DNA of 64,000 bases from Trypethelium eluteriae (GCA_051942245.1 JAVECL010000061.1:1-64000), one strand, 5' to 3'; shown: positions 26,482 to 38,492, counted from the first letter of the stretch. Numbers and translations are program-made. Notes: generated by a model not told the origin, from the sequence alone.

Positions 26482-27349
26482 GCTTTGGAGTCAAAGCTTT
26501 TTGCTGCGTATGCTTGACTTGCTGGACCTTGAGACCAGACTTTGCCTTCTATATATCTGACTTATAGAGCATGTAGCGTCTTCAAGCCTCCGAGAATACT
26601 CTACGTTTCATGTCCTGGGTGCATAAACGGAAGCCAAGCTCCTGTAGCCTGTTTGGCACCGCCGGTAAGGTGCCGGGGATAACTTCAGATTGCTAGTGGT
26701 TACTACAACCAGTCATACAGTCGTAGGAGTTATTCTGACGCGTAGCCTTGGGGCTTTGCAGATCTGCATGGTAAAAGCCAGCCAAAACATTTCTAACTGA
26801 AAGGCATGGTTCCAATCCGATTGTGTCGTTCTCGTATAAATTAGTAGCGCCGTAATACATGCTGGATGGTGATATATCTTTCTTTGGAGCTTTTCGGTTT
26901 GGGACGACTTGTCATTGTATTATCTCGATTAGATCAGGTTCGACCATTGGTCAGTAGTGACAGCTCTAAGTTTGGTCAGTGATACCAAAAGTGAACGACG
27001 CGTAGATGTAGAAGAGACGCGATGGAGGGAGAGGCACTGGAGTAGGGCCATGAGGTCACCGGGGCCGAGTCCGAAATGAGGTCATTTGTTCAACGGCTAG
27101 CAAATGCCGAGCGCCTCATTTTGTCCTTCACCCGTGCCGCACCTATTAGAGACGAATGCTCTCATGATCAGACGCTCTCTTGGAAACGGTACTAAAAATG
27201 AATGCAGCGACAGGGTTCCTACCGAGAGGTAAGTTCGGATACTTCATCGTACCTTTATGATTTGTATGCTCGATGTGCGTCACCCGTGTTACCCCCGAGG
27301 AAACGCCAACACCACTCTCCGTTAAGGTCCCTTTCAAACTTCCTAAACA

Positions 27350-28285
27350 ATGGCATCCCACGAGAGCTCGAAATCGACATGGCCCAAGGGCGCCCGTGCA
27401 GCTGTTGCTCTGACTTTGGACAACATGGGGGAGGCGGCAGACCTGAATAGGGACTTGTGGCCCAAGTCTCAGCCCGTGGGCGCGCACTATTCGGTGACCA
27501 AAGTATTGCCTCAGATGCTCGGTCTTCTGGCGAAATATGACATTTCGGTCACGTATTTCATTGAATCATGGAATCTTCAAATTTATGGAGATTTCATCAT
27601 TGACCATATTGCAAGTGCTGGGCACGAAATTGGATGGCATGCCTGGCAACACGAGGCGTGGAGTAGACTTGAGGACGAAAGCGAGGAGAGGGAAAATTTC
27701 GAAAAAAGCTTCGGTAAAGATGGGATCGGAGGATTTATAAGAGCAGGGGCCAAAGGCGCAGGCAGGGTCGAGAGATATCGAGGCTTTCGCCCGCCAGGTG
27801 GACTAATCCACGGAAGCCGTACACTGAATCTGTGCACCGAGTACGGCCTACGATACCTCAGTCCTGCGGCAAACGAAGCTGCCATCATTCCTTCGGAAAC
27901 GGGTAAACATTCTATGGTCATTCTACCATTCAAATGGGCTACCGTTGACGCCTATTACTACATGGACGCATTTGCTGAACTACGCCGGGTGAAGGCGGAG
28001 TATCCGGCCGAACCGCAGTCTCCTACTGTGCTTGTGGAGCGCTTCAAAAAGGAGGTCGATCTCGCAATCGAGCGAAGAGGTTATGTTTCTCTGCTTTTCC
28101 ATCCCTTTCTGACAGACCAACCTGAGCGACTGGATGCCATGGAGAGTGTCTTGAAGTACCTCGTTGAGATGCGCGACAAAGGTACCATATGGCTGGCAAG
28201 AAACAGAGAAATTGATGAATGGGTGCGCGAACATCCAAGCTTACTTAGTGATGACCCCCAGTGGGATCACGACCAATGGAGATAA
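27350..28285 (+). CDS. Polysaccharide deacetylase (CE4/NodB-like, PuuE-like), no signal peptide
   Basis: ALTLDN, TYFIE, GHEIGWHAWQHE metal-binding His pair, GFRPPGG, LLFHPF. Intronless. Confidence 0.88.
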   Translation: MASHESSKSTWPKGARAAVALTLDNMGEAADLNRDLWPKSQPVGAHYSVTKVLPQMLGLLAKYDISVTYFIESWNLQIYGDFIIDHIASAGHEIGWHAWQHEAWSRLEDESEERENFEKSFGKDGIGGFIRAGAKGAGRVERYRGFRPPGGLIHGSRTLNLCTEYGLRYLSPAANEAAIIPSETGKHSMVILPFKWATVDAYYYMDAFAELRRVKAEYPAEPQSPTVLVERFKKEVDLAIERRGYVSLLFHPFLTDQPERLDAMESVLKYLVEMRDKGTIWLARNREIDEWVREHPSLLSDDPQWDHDQWR

Positions 28286-28889
28286 GCAGCTACATAAGAA
28301 TGAAACTCAAAAAATCTTTTGTTGGCTAGGCCACAACAATCTTTCATCACTGCGAGGATCCAAAGAAGATGTCCGACTTGCTGGTCATCGTTCATCCTAC
28401 GTTCCAAACTATCCATTTCCGTGAATATGTCAATGCTCATGTTTCCGGCCAATGGTTCGTCCCGTTTGCATCGGAATTCTCTTCTTCCCATACCATTTTG
28501 AATGCTACGAAGGTGGGTCGATCTGTCCACAGCACGATGGTAGCCTTCATTTTGACTTTGACTTGTGCGGCAACATCAGCCTCCCTGGTCTATCACTTCG
28601 AAGTCTAGAGGTTGAATGCCTCAATGCCTTGGTAATGGTGTCGAGGATTCCCCAACGCAGATACGAACTAGGCGTTGCAGTTTGTATGTGTCTGATAGGC
28701 TTCAGAGGTACTACAGATTATGCTACGATTTGTATTGTTGTAGGAACTTCTTGGCATCAGAGAAATTGGGAACAAATGAAAATTACGGATTCAAGGATCA
28801 AGCACTTGCTTTTCAATGGAAAGGGTTCACCTAGTAATAAAAGATTGTCTATCAAATATAAATATATACATGAATGATTGAAGCAGAGC

Positions 28890-30696
28890 TCAGACGGTGA
28901 GCGTATAATTGACGGCATTTCCTGGAGCCCGAGGATAAAACTCGAATGTGAATACCGTTGTCTGGCCAGCTGTCACTACATCCTGTATAGTGGCAGCGGT
29001 GATTGTTACTGCAGATCCATCCCAGTTGTATTGAGACGAGTATGTCGTTCGACCTTGCTGAAGGGGACCGTCATATTGAGTAAAAGTATCGACAAGGTAA
29101 GTCCCATTGATGGTCTCGGCCTTAACAGCTGCGACATCTTCGAGACCTTTCCATGTAATTGGTATTGTTAGATCTGATCCGGTGTTAACACTTGACGCAG
29201 CGGCGCTGGAAGAGCCTAAAGTAGGTGCATCGTATTGTACAACAGCGGCATTGAGTGGAGCACCCTGAGAGAAGTCTAGTGTAAGGTTGACGAGAAGACC
29301 AGAAGCCGCGCTAGGGGAAAGATACTTCGACAAAAAGGATGCGTGATAGGTGATGTTCGCCCCGTCAACACTATAGTCAGTGCCTTCCCCCAGAGGTCCG
29401 GATGGGGAGCTTATGGACTTCAGGGTGTTGCCGTTGAATATGTAAGGGAGAGTGACATCAGTCACGTTTGTCCCAGCCTTGTGAAAGATGTAGGCGGAAG
29501 TCTCTTGAGTCGGAGCGTTGGCATCCTCGGTGCTATCTGCAAGGGTATTGTTCACACCAGCAAACGCGCTCATGAGGATATCAATCACTGTGGGATCACG
29601 CCATTTGTGAGCAGCGCGGTCCAATTGATCTTCTCCATTGTCCCACAGAATTGTAGCAGTAGTATATTTAGCAGCAGTTCGGATGAAAAAGTCGAAGTAT
29701 TTCCATCGTGCTGCGGTCTCGGTAAAAGTACTCGATGCACTCCATTCTCCAATGACGACTGGCACATCAGTGAAGTTTCCTCGTACGATGGAGAGGTCTG
29801 AATCCAGAGACTGTTTATCAGAATATGATCCCCATATGGTCTTCCCCCAGGCTCCAAAAATGAAATCGTCTGCCGAGTATTAGTACGTGTATTACAATGT
29901 TCAGAGATGCCCATACATGGAGAATAGTAATGATATTGAATCGCATATGGGTTAGTAATATTAGATGGGATAGTCAAAAACTGGTCTGTCAAATCGGCAT
30001 TTTCTGAAGGACCGATAAGAGTGACAACACGCTTGCTATTGAAGCCGCCCGAATCTGCCAGGGCTTGGATGAATAGTCCTTGAAGTTTGTTTATCTCGGC
30101 GTATTGCGCATTGGTTGATGCAGGAGGCTCGTTGATGGTTTCGAATGCCAGAAGAGACGACTTGCACCCAAGTGTCTCTCCAACCTGATACCAGAGACGA
30201 TAGAATTGCTCCTCTATGGCAGAGTAATTTGCGCCAGCAGCGGTCACATCGGCCCACATAGTTGCGTCATGGTGGACGTTGACAAGCACATACAGATCGC
30301 GCTCAATGACTGCGTCAACAACATCCGATACACGTTGAAGCCAGGTCTGGTTGATAGTCCATGAAGGAGAGCCCGTTATGAAATGGTCCGCCCAGGTTAC
30401 TGTTTTCGATTCAGCATTGCACGAGTCCCGTTGCGCCATGTGTACTGACCTGGAAGCCGAACCCCCTTGAAGCCCGAGTTTTTGATATCATCAAAGGTCG
30501 AGAAATCGACGGGTGGGTTATTCCAACTTCCTTCAGTTGGCGTGGCATCAAGAGTATTGCCAAGATTCCATCCAGGATTCACGCCATTCACCCAAGTTGT
30601 AGCAGAAATTGAGTCGAAAGTATTATTGCAGGTAACACTTGCCGCAGCAAGTTTAATGAAGAGTGACAATACGAGAAAACCGAGCCCATCCATCAT
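28890..30696 (-). CDS. Secreted GH5 endoglucanase with C-terminal Ig-like/CBM modules
   Basis: Signal peptide; GWNLGNTLDA, VRLPVTW, NVHHD, ETINEP (acid/base), HYYSP, VIGEW (nucleophile), LWDNG. Introns 30400-30449 and 29870-29916. Confidence 0.92.
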
Positions 30697-32106
30697 GAAG
30701 GTTATAAAAATGAGTAGGGACCAGAGGAAAGCACTATACCTCACGCATTGCAAAATTCCATTGCAGAAGCTATGCTGGCCGAAAATCCGACCTTCTTATA
30801 TTTAGATTGAACTCGGCTTCATACCCGGAATACACCGGTTCTTTGCTAGGGGGTTTTGCCTAGAGATCACCTCACAGTTATGGTAGGTGTCAGGTACAGA
30901 TTGAAATGAATTGATTTATCCGATGCACGTGGATAAATGAGGCCCCGCTTTCGAAGGGAAAAGCCCACAAATGAAGACCCTGCATCACGGGTATTTCCTC
31001 CGACTAGATTGGAGACCAGGATTATGAGCGATCCTAGCGTCTGGGGAGGGACGAGTTTTCTTAATATTTGCAGCGTCCTTACAGTGTAACACAGTTCAAA
31101 GACGTTCAACGTTGGACCATATCTTCACCTTCGACGCTGACCCTCATAGGGATTGTCTAAGTTCGGAGCCATGTCATCCGTGCGCCTTACTCTTTCGATT
31201 AGTTTGGGCTGTGACTATGACCCTAAGGAGAAACTATAGCATTCGACAGGGTATGCTCTGTATACGTCATGACCATAAACCGGGCCGAAATCGCTAATGT
31301 GAATTAGTGAGTTATCATGTTTCACGCAGCCAAGATCAACTTCGCGTCCTGAAACCCGACAGGCACCGCGTCGATACTGCAGAAACCCTTCCCGAGACCC
31401 CACAATCATTTTTTTGGTCATATGGGGAGAGAGAAAAGGGTTAGGTTGAGTTTGCATGCCATGGTGTGCAAATCATATCACGTTTTTGTCCCTCGTTTTC
31501 AACGGTCAGGGGTTCTCAATTGTGAGTGGTGCCAGCCTGCAAGCCTCAGCCGCCGACCCGCTGGCTTGCTTTAGGGTAGCGACTGATCAACAACTCCAAC
31601 GTCGACGCTTTGGCCGGTCTATGGAGAGAGCGTATCTAAAAGCAAGTAGCCCTCGCGTCTAACCATTGCACCATTCGCTTTCCTTCAAAATGTGGCGTTC
31701 ATCACTCGCTTGATTGTCGATCACTCGTCTCGCTATTGACGCAATGCGGATCTCAATGCGTGAGGCACACCCTTTCGTCGGTGGAAGAGCGAATGGGAGA
31801 CAATTTGGCTCGACTAATCGCGAGGAGACTACTTGATATTAGCGATAGGTTCTACCTCTCACGCCTGGTTGTGAAGGACAGCGCCGCCACGATGCCTTAA
31901 CCGGGTAACGCTCCGCAACAACGTCCACATCGATCGTCACGTAGACATGCAGCGGAGCTTTATGGAAGACCTTTGACCTTTGAGCGACGATGAGCAGGTT
32001 ATAAAAAGCCTCCGTGATACCTTTGCAGACTCCTTCGCCATCAGCTGTCGCACATACCGTGGGCCTACCCTACTAGATCTCTTTTCAGACCAAAGATCAG
32101 CCCAGC

Positions 32107-32918
32107 ATGAAAGCCACAGCAATCTCCCTTTTCTCCATTGCCTGGCTCTCCACTGCCCTGGCACTGCCATCGCAAGATTTAACGAAGCGCAGCTCGGTCA
32201 AAGGCTTTGACATTTCGCACTATCAGCCCAACGTTGATTTCACGTCAGCGTATACTGCAGGGTTGCGTTTTGTCATGATCAAGGCAACTGAGTCAGCTGA
32301 CTATATTTCTCCATCTGTAAGTGGACAATCGTGGAAGAAAAGTGGTACATTACACACTGCGAAAACTGTGTATCAATGACTTCCTGCTCTTCCTGGTGGC
32401 ACACATCAAATCCGCTCACAAAGCACTAGTTCTCCGATCAATACACCGGCGCAACAAATGCGGGATTCATTCGTGGGGGCTACCACTTCGCCCGACCTGG
32501 CTCTAGCTCGGGCTCCGCTCAGGCCGACTACTTCCTCAAGAACGGCGGAGGCTGGTCGAACGACTCCATAACCCTTCCGGGCATGCTCGACCTTGAAGTG
32601 AGCGACTGCGACGGCCTGTCCACTTCCGACATGGTAGCTTGGATCCGAAGTTTTGTCGACACTTATCACAGCGCCACTGAACGCTATCCAATCTTGTATT
32701 TCAGTCCGAGTTGGTGGACCCAGTGTACCGGCGACAGTGAAGTGTTCTCGGAGGAGTGCCCACTAGATGTGGCAAGCTGGGGTAGTGAGGTGGGTAGTAT
32801 TCCCGGAGGTTGGTCGACTCAGACCATTTGGCAATACGCAGATAGTAATCCTTACGGAGGTGATTCGGATGAGTTCAACGGAGACGAAGCATCGTTGAAG
32901 AAGCTTGCTAGCGGTTAG
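32107..32918 (+). CDS. GH25 lysozyme (Chalaropsis-type muramidase), secreted
   Basis: Signal peptide plus KR site; GFDISHYQ, IKATE, GGYHFARP, PGMLDLE, IWQYAD. Intron 32317-32429. Confidence 0.93.
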
Positions 32919-33177
32919 TTCCGGAGTTCAAGACCAGTACTTGGAAGAGTATCTCTGAATCGAGCCAAGGAAATGGTTATGTTGTTTACCGATTTTTAGT
33001 GCAGTAATCGTAGCTAACACAACAAGAATTGAATGGAAACCCAGCTGCTTGAGACATTTTTGATACATCCTGACTTTGGCTATTAAATCTACATACCTTT
33101 ACGCATGCGAAATCTTCAAGAGCATTTGTATGTGGCTAGCCCTGTTACGCTATTTGATGTTGAGCCCCTAGTCAATC

Positions 33178-34796
33178 TCATTCGGCATTCTCCGTCTTCT
33201 CATCGACCTGTTTTTCATTGATCTGGATATCTCCTTCCGCACCAACCGTAGAATGAGCTTGTAACTTTTTCGCGACCTGAACAGGCTGCAAGATATTCTT
33301 GCTGTCGAGGAATATCCTATCAACGCTTTCTAGATGCAATCCTTGAGTCTCTGGGAAGAAGAAATAGACTGTTGGCAGGATCAAGAACCAATTGATCACT
33401 GCGTATACAATGAAGTATTTGTACTTGATACTGTCAAATCCAGTAGGGCTAACTTCCACAACCAAAAAGTTGAATGTCCATGTAGAGGTTGTCGACAGTG
33501 CGGTAATCGGCGTCCGGACACTAAGAGGAGCAATTTCCGAAGAGTACAAGAAAGCCAGACCCAAATATCCGGTGACGAAGAAAAGGCTGAACAAGTACAC
33601 AAAGGCAATTGCCGCATGGACAGCTTCATGATTTGCTGGATGTGACGTCGCGCCAGAGAGGATAGCCATGCAAAGTCCCATCCCGATCGCGCCGAAAATC
33701 ATTAATTTTCTTCGGCCAACTCTTTCGATGGTGAATGCACCGATCGGAGCACACAAGGTCTGCCATGTAAAGACGGTAGCAGCGAGAATTCTCGCAAGAT
33801 CGGCATCAAATCCAAGGAAAGTTCTGAAGATAGTCGTTTGATAATATCCCAAGGCATTGATACCTAGGATGAAATCAATGGTTGGGGCTTTTGGAAGGGT
33901 TCATTTAGGACATTAATACCTGACATTTGCTGGAAACACTGTGCGGCGGCGGCAATGAACGCTCTGTTGGCGAAGCGCCCAGGTCCGTTGCGAAAGATGT
34001 CTCGAAATTTACCTTTGCCTGTCTCTTGTAGGGAGGTTTCAATCTCCTGAACTTCTTGAGCGATGGCTGGATCGTCAATTGGAACGTCATCAAAAGCTGC
34101 AAGTACATGTCTTGCTTCCTCAATCCGCCCCTTCTTGATCAGCCACCTAGGGGATTCTGGCCAGAGGGGCATGGAAAAGAAGATGATGATTGCAAAGAAG
34201 CAAGCCAGAGCCAAGGGGAATCTCCAGGACACGTCACCCGTAGTATGAGACATGCCAAGGTTGACCCAAGCTTGGATAGCAAGGCCGCCCGAGATGAAGA
34301 GGCCTTCCAGCATGACGACGAAGCCACGATGGCCAGCACGACTACACTCCGTTTGCCAATTTGGAGCTGTAGCACTAATGGCGCCGAATCCAAGGCCGGT
34401 GATGAATCGCCCTACCACCAGTTGTGCAAGACCATACGAAGATGATTGCAGAATAGAGCCTACGCACGTAACCACAGCTCCGAGCATAATAGTCCGTTTC
34501 CGGCCCAGTTTGTCGCCGAAGAGGATACATGAAAGAGCTCCAAACAGAGCACCGAGCGTATAGACGGCAACGACAGTGCCTTGAATTGGCGAGTTGTGAG
34601 ACTTCTGTGCTGGGGATAGATGCGCACTGCTGGTATCAATCTCCGGAAAGCGAGCGGTCCATGCCGGAAGATCAATAAGGCCACCGGCAACTCCATTGTA
34701 ATAGCCAAAGAGGAGATAGGTCGGCATAATCACTGCCCATATGAGAGCCGCATTGAGTGATCTTCCCCGGAGGCCACAATATGCAGGTCGTTCCAT
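33178..34796 (-). CDS. MFS sugar porter (STL1-like polyol/sugar transporter)
   Basis: DKLGRK, PESPRWL, QQMSGINALGYY (across intron 33864-33919), ERVGRR, PETQG. Confidence 0.92.
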
Positions 34797-35418
34797 CTTG
34801 TCATCAAGTTCGCTCGGTCTCTTGAGGCGTTTGGCCAAAGTTTAGTCGTGAGCTGCGACTACGGCACTATTTTTGGATAGACCGTTAAGAGCTGCAGTGA
34901 TGAAGAGCGGAGGACCGTAGGCAAATGTAGTTCAAGAGGGGAGGTGATGAGATGAATACATAGCCATCGTCAGGGAAGTCAACGGATGCTAACGCAGCAG
35001 CAGCAATCAATCTCTGTCGCGTGGTCTTTACCCCTAGACGCGACAGCAAAATCTTACTCTCTTCCGAAATAGCCCTGTCACTATTACGGCATGCTTCCAT
35101 TTCGGTGGGAATGACTGCCGTTGATCCATCCGTTCATGGCACCCCTGGCGACAACCCACTTGTCTCGCATCGTCTCCGCCGCTCTTAGTGACGTATTCTG
35201 TACCGTACCCCGAGTTCGGCAAACTTTCCCGAGCAACAATTAGTCGAGCAGGTATATTTTATACGAATAAACTCAAAAATCGTGTTTTCGAACCTAACTT
35301 GGGCTGACGCGTACTCCGTATCCGTATTCAGATCGCGGTTCTTGATGTTTCTTATGTCCTACACGGGCCTTATGCAAACAAGAGCAAACTGTTGTCCCTA
35401 AGCCGACGCATCCCAAAA

Positions 35419-36783
35419 ATGGCAACCGCCAAACTTGCCCAATGGGCAGTAAATCTTCAATTCTCCCAACTTCCTTCATCAGTCACGCAGGCCGCAAACC
35501 GCAGCTTCTACAACTGGGCCGGTTGCGCGGTCGGAGGCTCCACGCATCCAGCTACCCTCAAAGCTTCTACCGCTCTTCGTCCGTTCTTCGGCCAACCCAC
35601 ATCATCTTTACTCGGACGGAGTGCCAGTAGTCAAGATGGCAAAGCGGACGCTCAACACGCCGCGCTGATCAACGGCATCGCAAGCCACGTGCACGACTAC
35701 GATGACACTCACCTTGAAACCATTATCCACCCCACTGGCCCGGTCGCCAGCGCCCTTCTTGCCCAAGCCGAAGCGCTGGAGACTCCGACAAGCGGGAAAG
35801 ATTTCCTCCTCGCTCTCGTAGCGGGAATAGAAGCAGAATGCAAACTCGGTCTCGCTGTATGGCCCAAGCACTATGACCTGGGCTGGCACATTACATCCAC
35901 GGTTGGGTCGATAGGAGCAGCAGTCGCGGTAGGAAAGCTTCTGAAGCTGGATGAGGAAAAAATGGGTCATGCAATCAGCATAGCGGCCACGCAGGTCACG
36001 GGACTGCGTGAGCAATTCGGGAGCGATACAAAATCATTCCATGTTGGCCGCAGCGCCCAGAACGGACTTTTGGCTGCTGCACTCGCAAGAAATGGATATA
36101 CGGGGTCCTTGCACGCGTTAGAGGCAAAGCGCGGTTGGGTGAATGTTGTGGGTGCCGGATCCAATCGACTGGAAGAGATGGTGGGAAGCCTAGGGACGAT
36201 ATGGGAAGTTGAGAAAAACAGCTTCAAGCCTTTCCCATGCGGTATTGTAGTCCACCCGTCTATCGATGGATGTATACAATTACATGATGAGATGAGAGAA
36301 AGAGGCTTGGTAGCCAATCAAGACACGATTGAAAGCGTGGAAGCGAGAGTGCATCCCTTAGTCTTAGAGCTGACAGGCAAGAAGACTCCAACCGATGGTT
36401 TGCAGGCCAAATTTAGTGTTTATCACGGTGCTGCGGTAGGACTGGTGATGGGCAAGGCTGGCCCAGCTCAATACGAGGATCCGTTGGTGATCGGTCAAGA
36501 GATTGTGGGGGTTAGAGAAAAAATCGAGGCCACCGCGGACGGAAATTTGATGGCTGATGAAGCTGACATTTTGTTGACAATGAAAGACGGTACTGTGCTA
36601 AGGAAACATGTAGAGCATGCTATAGGCAGTCTGGAAGCGCCTATGACAGATGAACAGCTTCAACTCAAGTTCACGGCTCAGTCAATGCCGGTCTTAGGAC
36701 AAAATGGTACGGCAGCTGCAAGTAAGGCGTTCAGATCTATGGAAGGGGCCGAAAGCGTTGCCAAAATAGCTCCATCGATCTAG
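35419..36783 (+). CDS. MmgE/PrpD family protein (2-methylcitrate dehydratase / cis-aconitate decarboxylase / IDS-epimerase superfamily)
   Basis: SHVHDYDDTH, IHPTGP, GWHITS, KSFHVG, FKPFPCG, QAKFS. Intronless. Confidence 0.9.
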   Translation: MATAKLAQWAVNLQFSQLPSSVTQAANRSFYNWAGCAVGGSTHPATLKASTALRPFFGQPTSSLLGRSASSQDGKADAQHAALINGIASHVHDYDDTHLETIIHPTGPVASALLAQAEALETPTSGKDFLLALVAGIEAECKLGLAVWPKHYDLGWHITSTVGSIGAAVAVGKLLKLDEEKMGHAISIAATQVTGLREQFGSDTKSFHVGRSAQNGLLAAALARNGYTGSLHALEAKRGWVNVVGAGSNRLEEMVGSLGTIWEVEKNSFKPFPCGIVVHPSIDGCIQLHDEMRERGLVANQDTIESVEARVHPLVLELTGKKTPTDGLQAKFSVYHGAAVGLVMGKAGPAQYEDPLVIGQEIVGVREKIEATADGNLMADEADILLTMKDGTVLRKHVEHAIGSLEAPMTDEQLQLKFTAQSMPVLGQNGTAAASKAFRSMEGAESVAKIAPSI

Positions 36784-37562
36784 GCACAAGTTAATCGTCG
36801 ATGAACGTTCTATCAGGCACCCTATTTATAATGGATATCTTATCGACAAGTGCACTCTGTTGGGAGCGATTGAGCAGGAGACCCCGAACGCCCATTGTCG
36901 GCCAAGGACACCCACAACCTCGATGCTACCACTCTTACCGTTTGGCACTATTTACTCTCATCGCCAGGTTTTTCGGCCCAAGCTCGCTAGGCCGGCGTGG
37001 CCGGCACCGGTGGTACGTGGTCAGCACCGCGAAGCTACGACAGCTTCCGACAATGCTCTAGCTAATTACGTTTTCTACAATATACTGCTCAGCTGCCAGT
37101 ACAGCTTTTATAAACATCAAGAAGCTACCTATGCAATGCGGATCAATAATTCGCACCGATCGATACGATTCTCCCCTCAATGACCCATCCTATCACAGCG
37201 TTCTCTGTGTCCCGACTGCTAACTGCGACAAATGCGGGATGCTTTCCATGATGCGGCATTCATTGGACGGACGAATTAGAGTCCTAAATTCACGGCGCGC
37301 CATATGTAAAAAGAAGGATTGCGTACTGATCTGGCCTTAAGCAGGAATCAGTCATCCAAATTGTCCCCATTACTCATCACCATCAACCGCATGCAGTTTT
37401 GATCCTTTCTATTTCTAGTAATATTCGATATCCTGCCCTTATAATCTATTAACAGCTTATCTATCCTCTTTACTGCATCACTCGCGAAGTAGATATTTTA
37501 ACTTCCAAAAGCGTGACATTAGTCGTGATATTGATTGATCAAAGATTTAAAGTGGGTTAGGG

Positions 37563-37574
37563 AAAAAAAATAAA
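37563..37574 (-). terminator. RNA polymerase III terminator of tRNA-Gly
   Basis: TTTATTTTTTTT immediately 3' of the discriminator A. Confidence 0.8.
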
Positions 37575-37752
37575 TGCGTGAACCGCGAGTCGAACGCGGG
37601 TCCCTTGCTTGGAAGCTAGAGAAGTCAGTCGTGCCTTCTGATATAGATTGGAGTTTCGTACGCAAGGATGATAACCTATTGAAATTAGCTCAAAAGTATT
37701 CCTCATAAGTCTATAATTGCAACGGAATATCGTACCGCTACACTATTCACGC
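37575..37752 (-). tRNA. tRNA-Gly(TCC) split by two GT-AG introns (exons 37752-37736, 37675-37662, 37615-37575)
   Basis: Joined exons give 72 nt: GCGTGAA TA GTGTAGCGGTTATCAT C CTTGC CT-TCC-AA GCAAG GGAC CCGCG TTCGACT CGCGG TTCACGC A. Acceptor, anticodon and T stems pair perfectly; A and B boxes and a downstream T-run are present. Confidence 0.9.
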
Positions 37753-38274
37753 CTGATAACAAACACTGAGCGCCTCTACAACATCTATAAAAGATCAATA
37801 AAAGTCTAGATACATATACCGAATGAACCGTATAAAGTAATCGATAAGTGACCGATAACATATCTCAAGAATTGGATCGGCCTTAATTGACTCGACCTCA
37901 CTAACGTCACTCAATACTCAATGACTCAGTCAAAAGCTCACAGACGATAGCGCCAATCTACGAGATTGGCTAAAACGACAATTCGCGGCAGTGGGGTCTT
38001 TCAGTCTAACATTTGCACGTGCAGCAGCAGCAGCACATAGACTACTAAGCAAGGTTGCTACAGCAATACATGCTTACTATAGCAGCTGCTGCCTCGCAAG
38101 AGCTCGCAGGCTTGAATCGCCTGAGCGGGAATAAGATCACAGACCTAGGATCGCGTAAACCTTGGTTAAGATGAAATGAGAGGCAGAAGTGAGATGAGAG
38201 GTCACACAATTTTTCGAGTGGTTCTATGCGTAACAGCTCCCTTACGGCGGAGGAGGAGACTTAAATGTAATGTA

Positions 38275-38492
38275 TTGTGGTGTAACGTAGTTGTAAGAAA
38301 TAGTAAAATAGTAAAATAGTAAATTACTATTAATAAGTAATAATTATAAATAGTTTGACTATCTGTTATTACTTTTACTATTATTATCAGATTTTAAATT
38401 TTGTTATTACTATTTACCATTATTATCTTGGAATTTGCGTTACTACGTTACTATTACTTAGTAAAATAGTAATTAGTAAATTTACATCACTG
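38275..38492. repeat. AT-rich TAGTAA/TTACTA motif array in both orientations; possible degenerate transposon end
   Basis: (AAATAGTA)x3, many TTACTA copies, inverted GTAACGTAGT (38282-38291) / ACTACGTTAC (38442-38451); ends TTTACATCACTG. Confidence 0.5.

Noticed and set aside
37616..37735. Canonical SEN-type or BHB tRNA intron, or a tRNA-derived SINE/pseudogene
   Set aside because: Positions are 18/19 and 31/32, not 37/38. I saw no bulge-helix-bulge, both inserts have spliceosomal signals, and the exon stems are undamaged.
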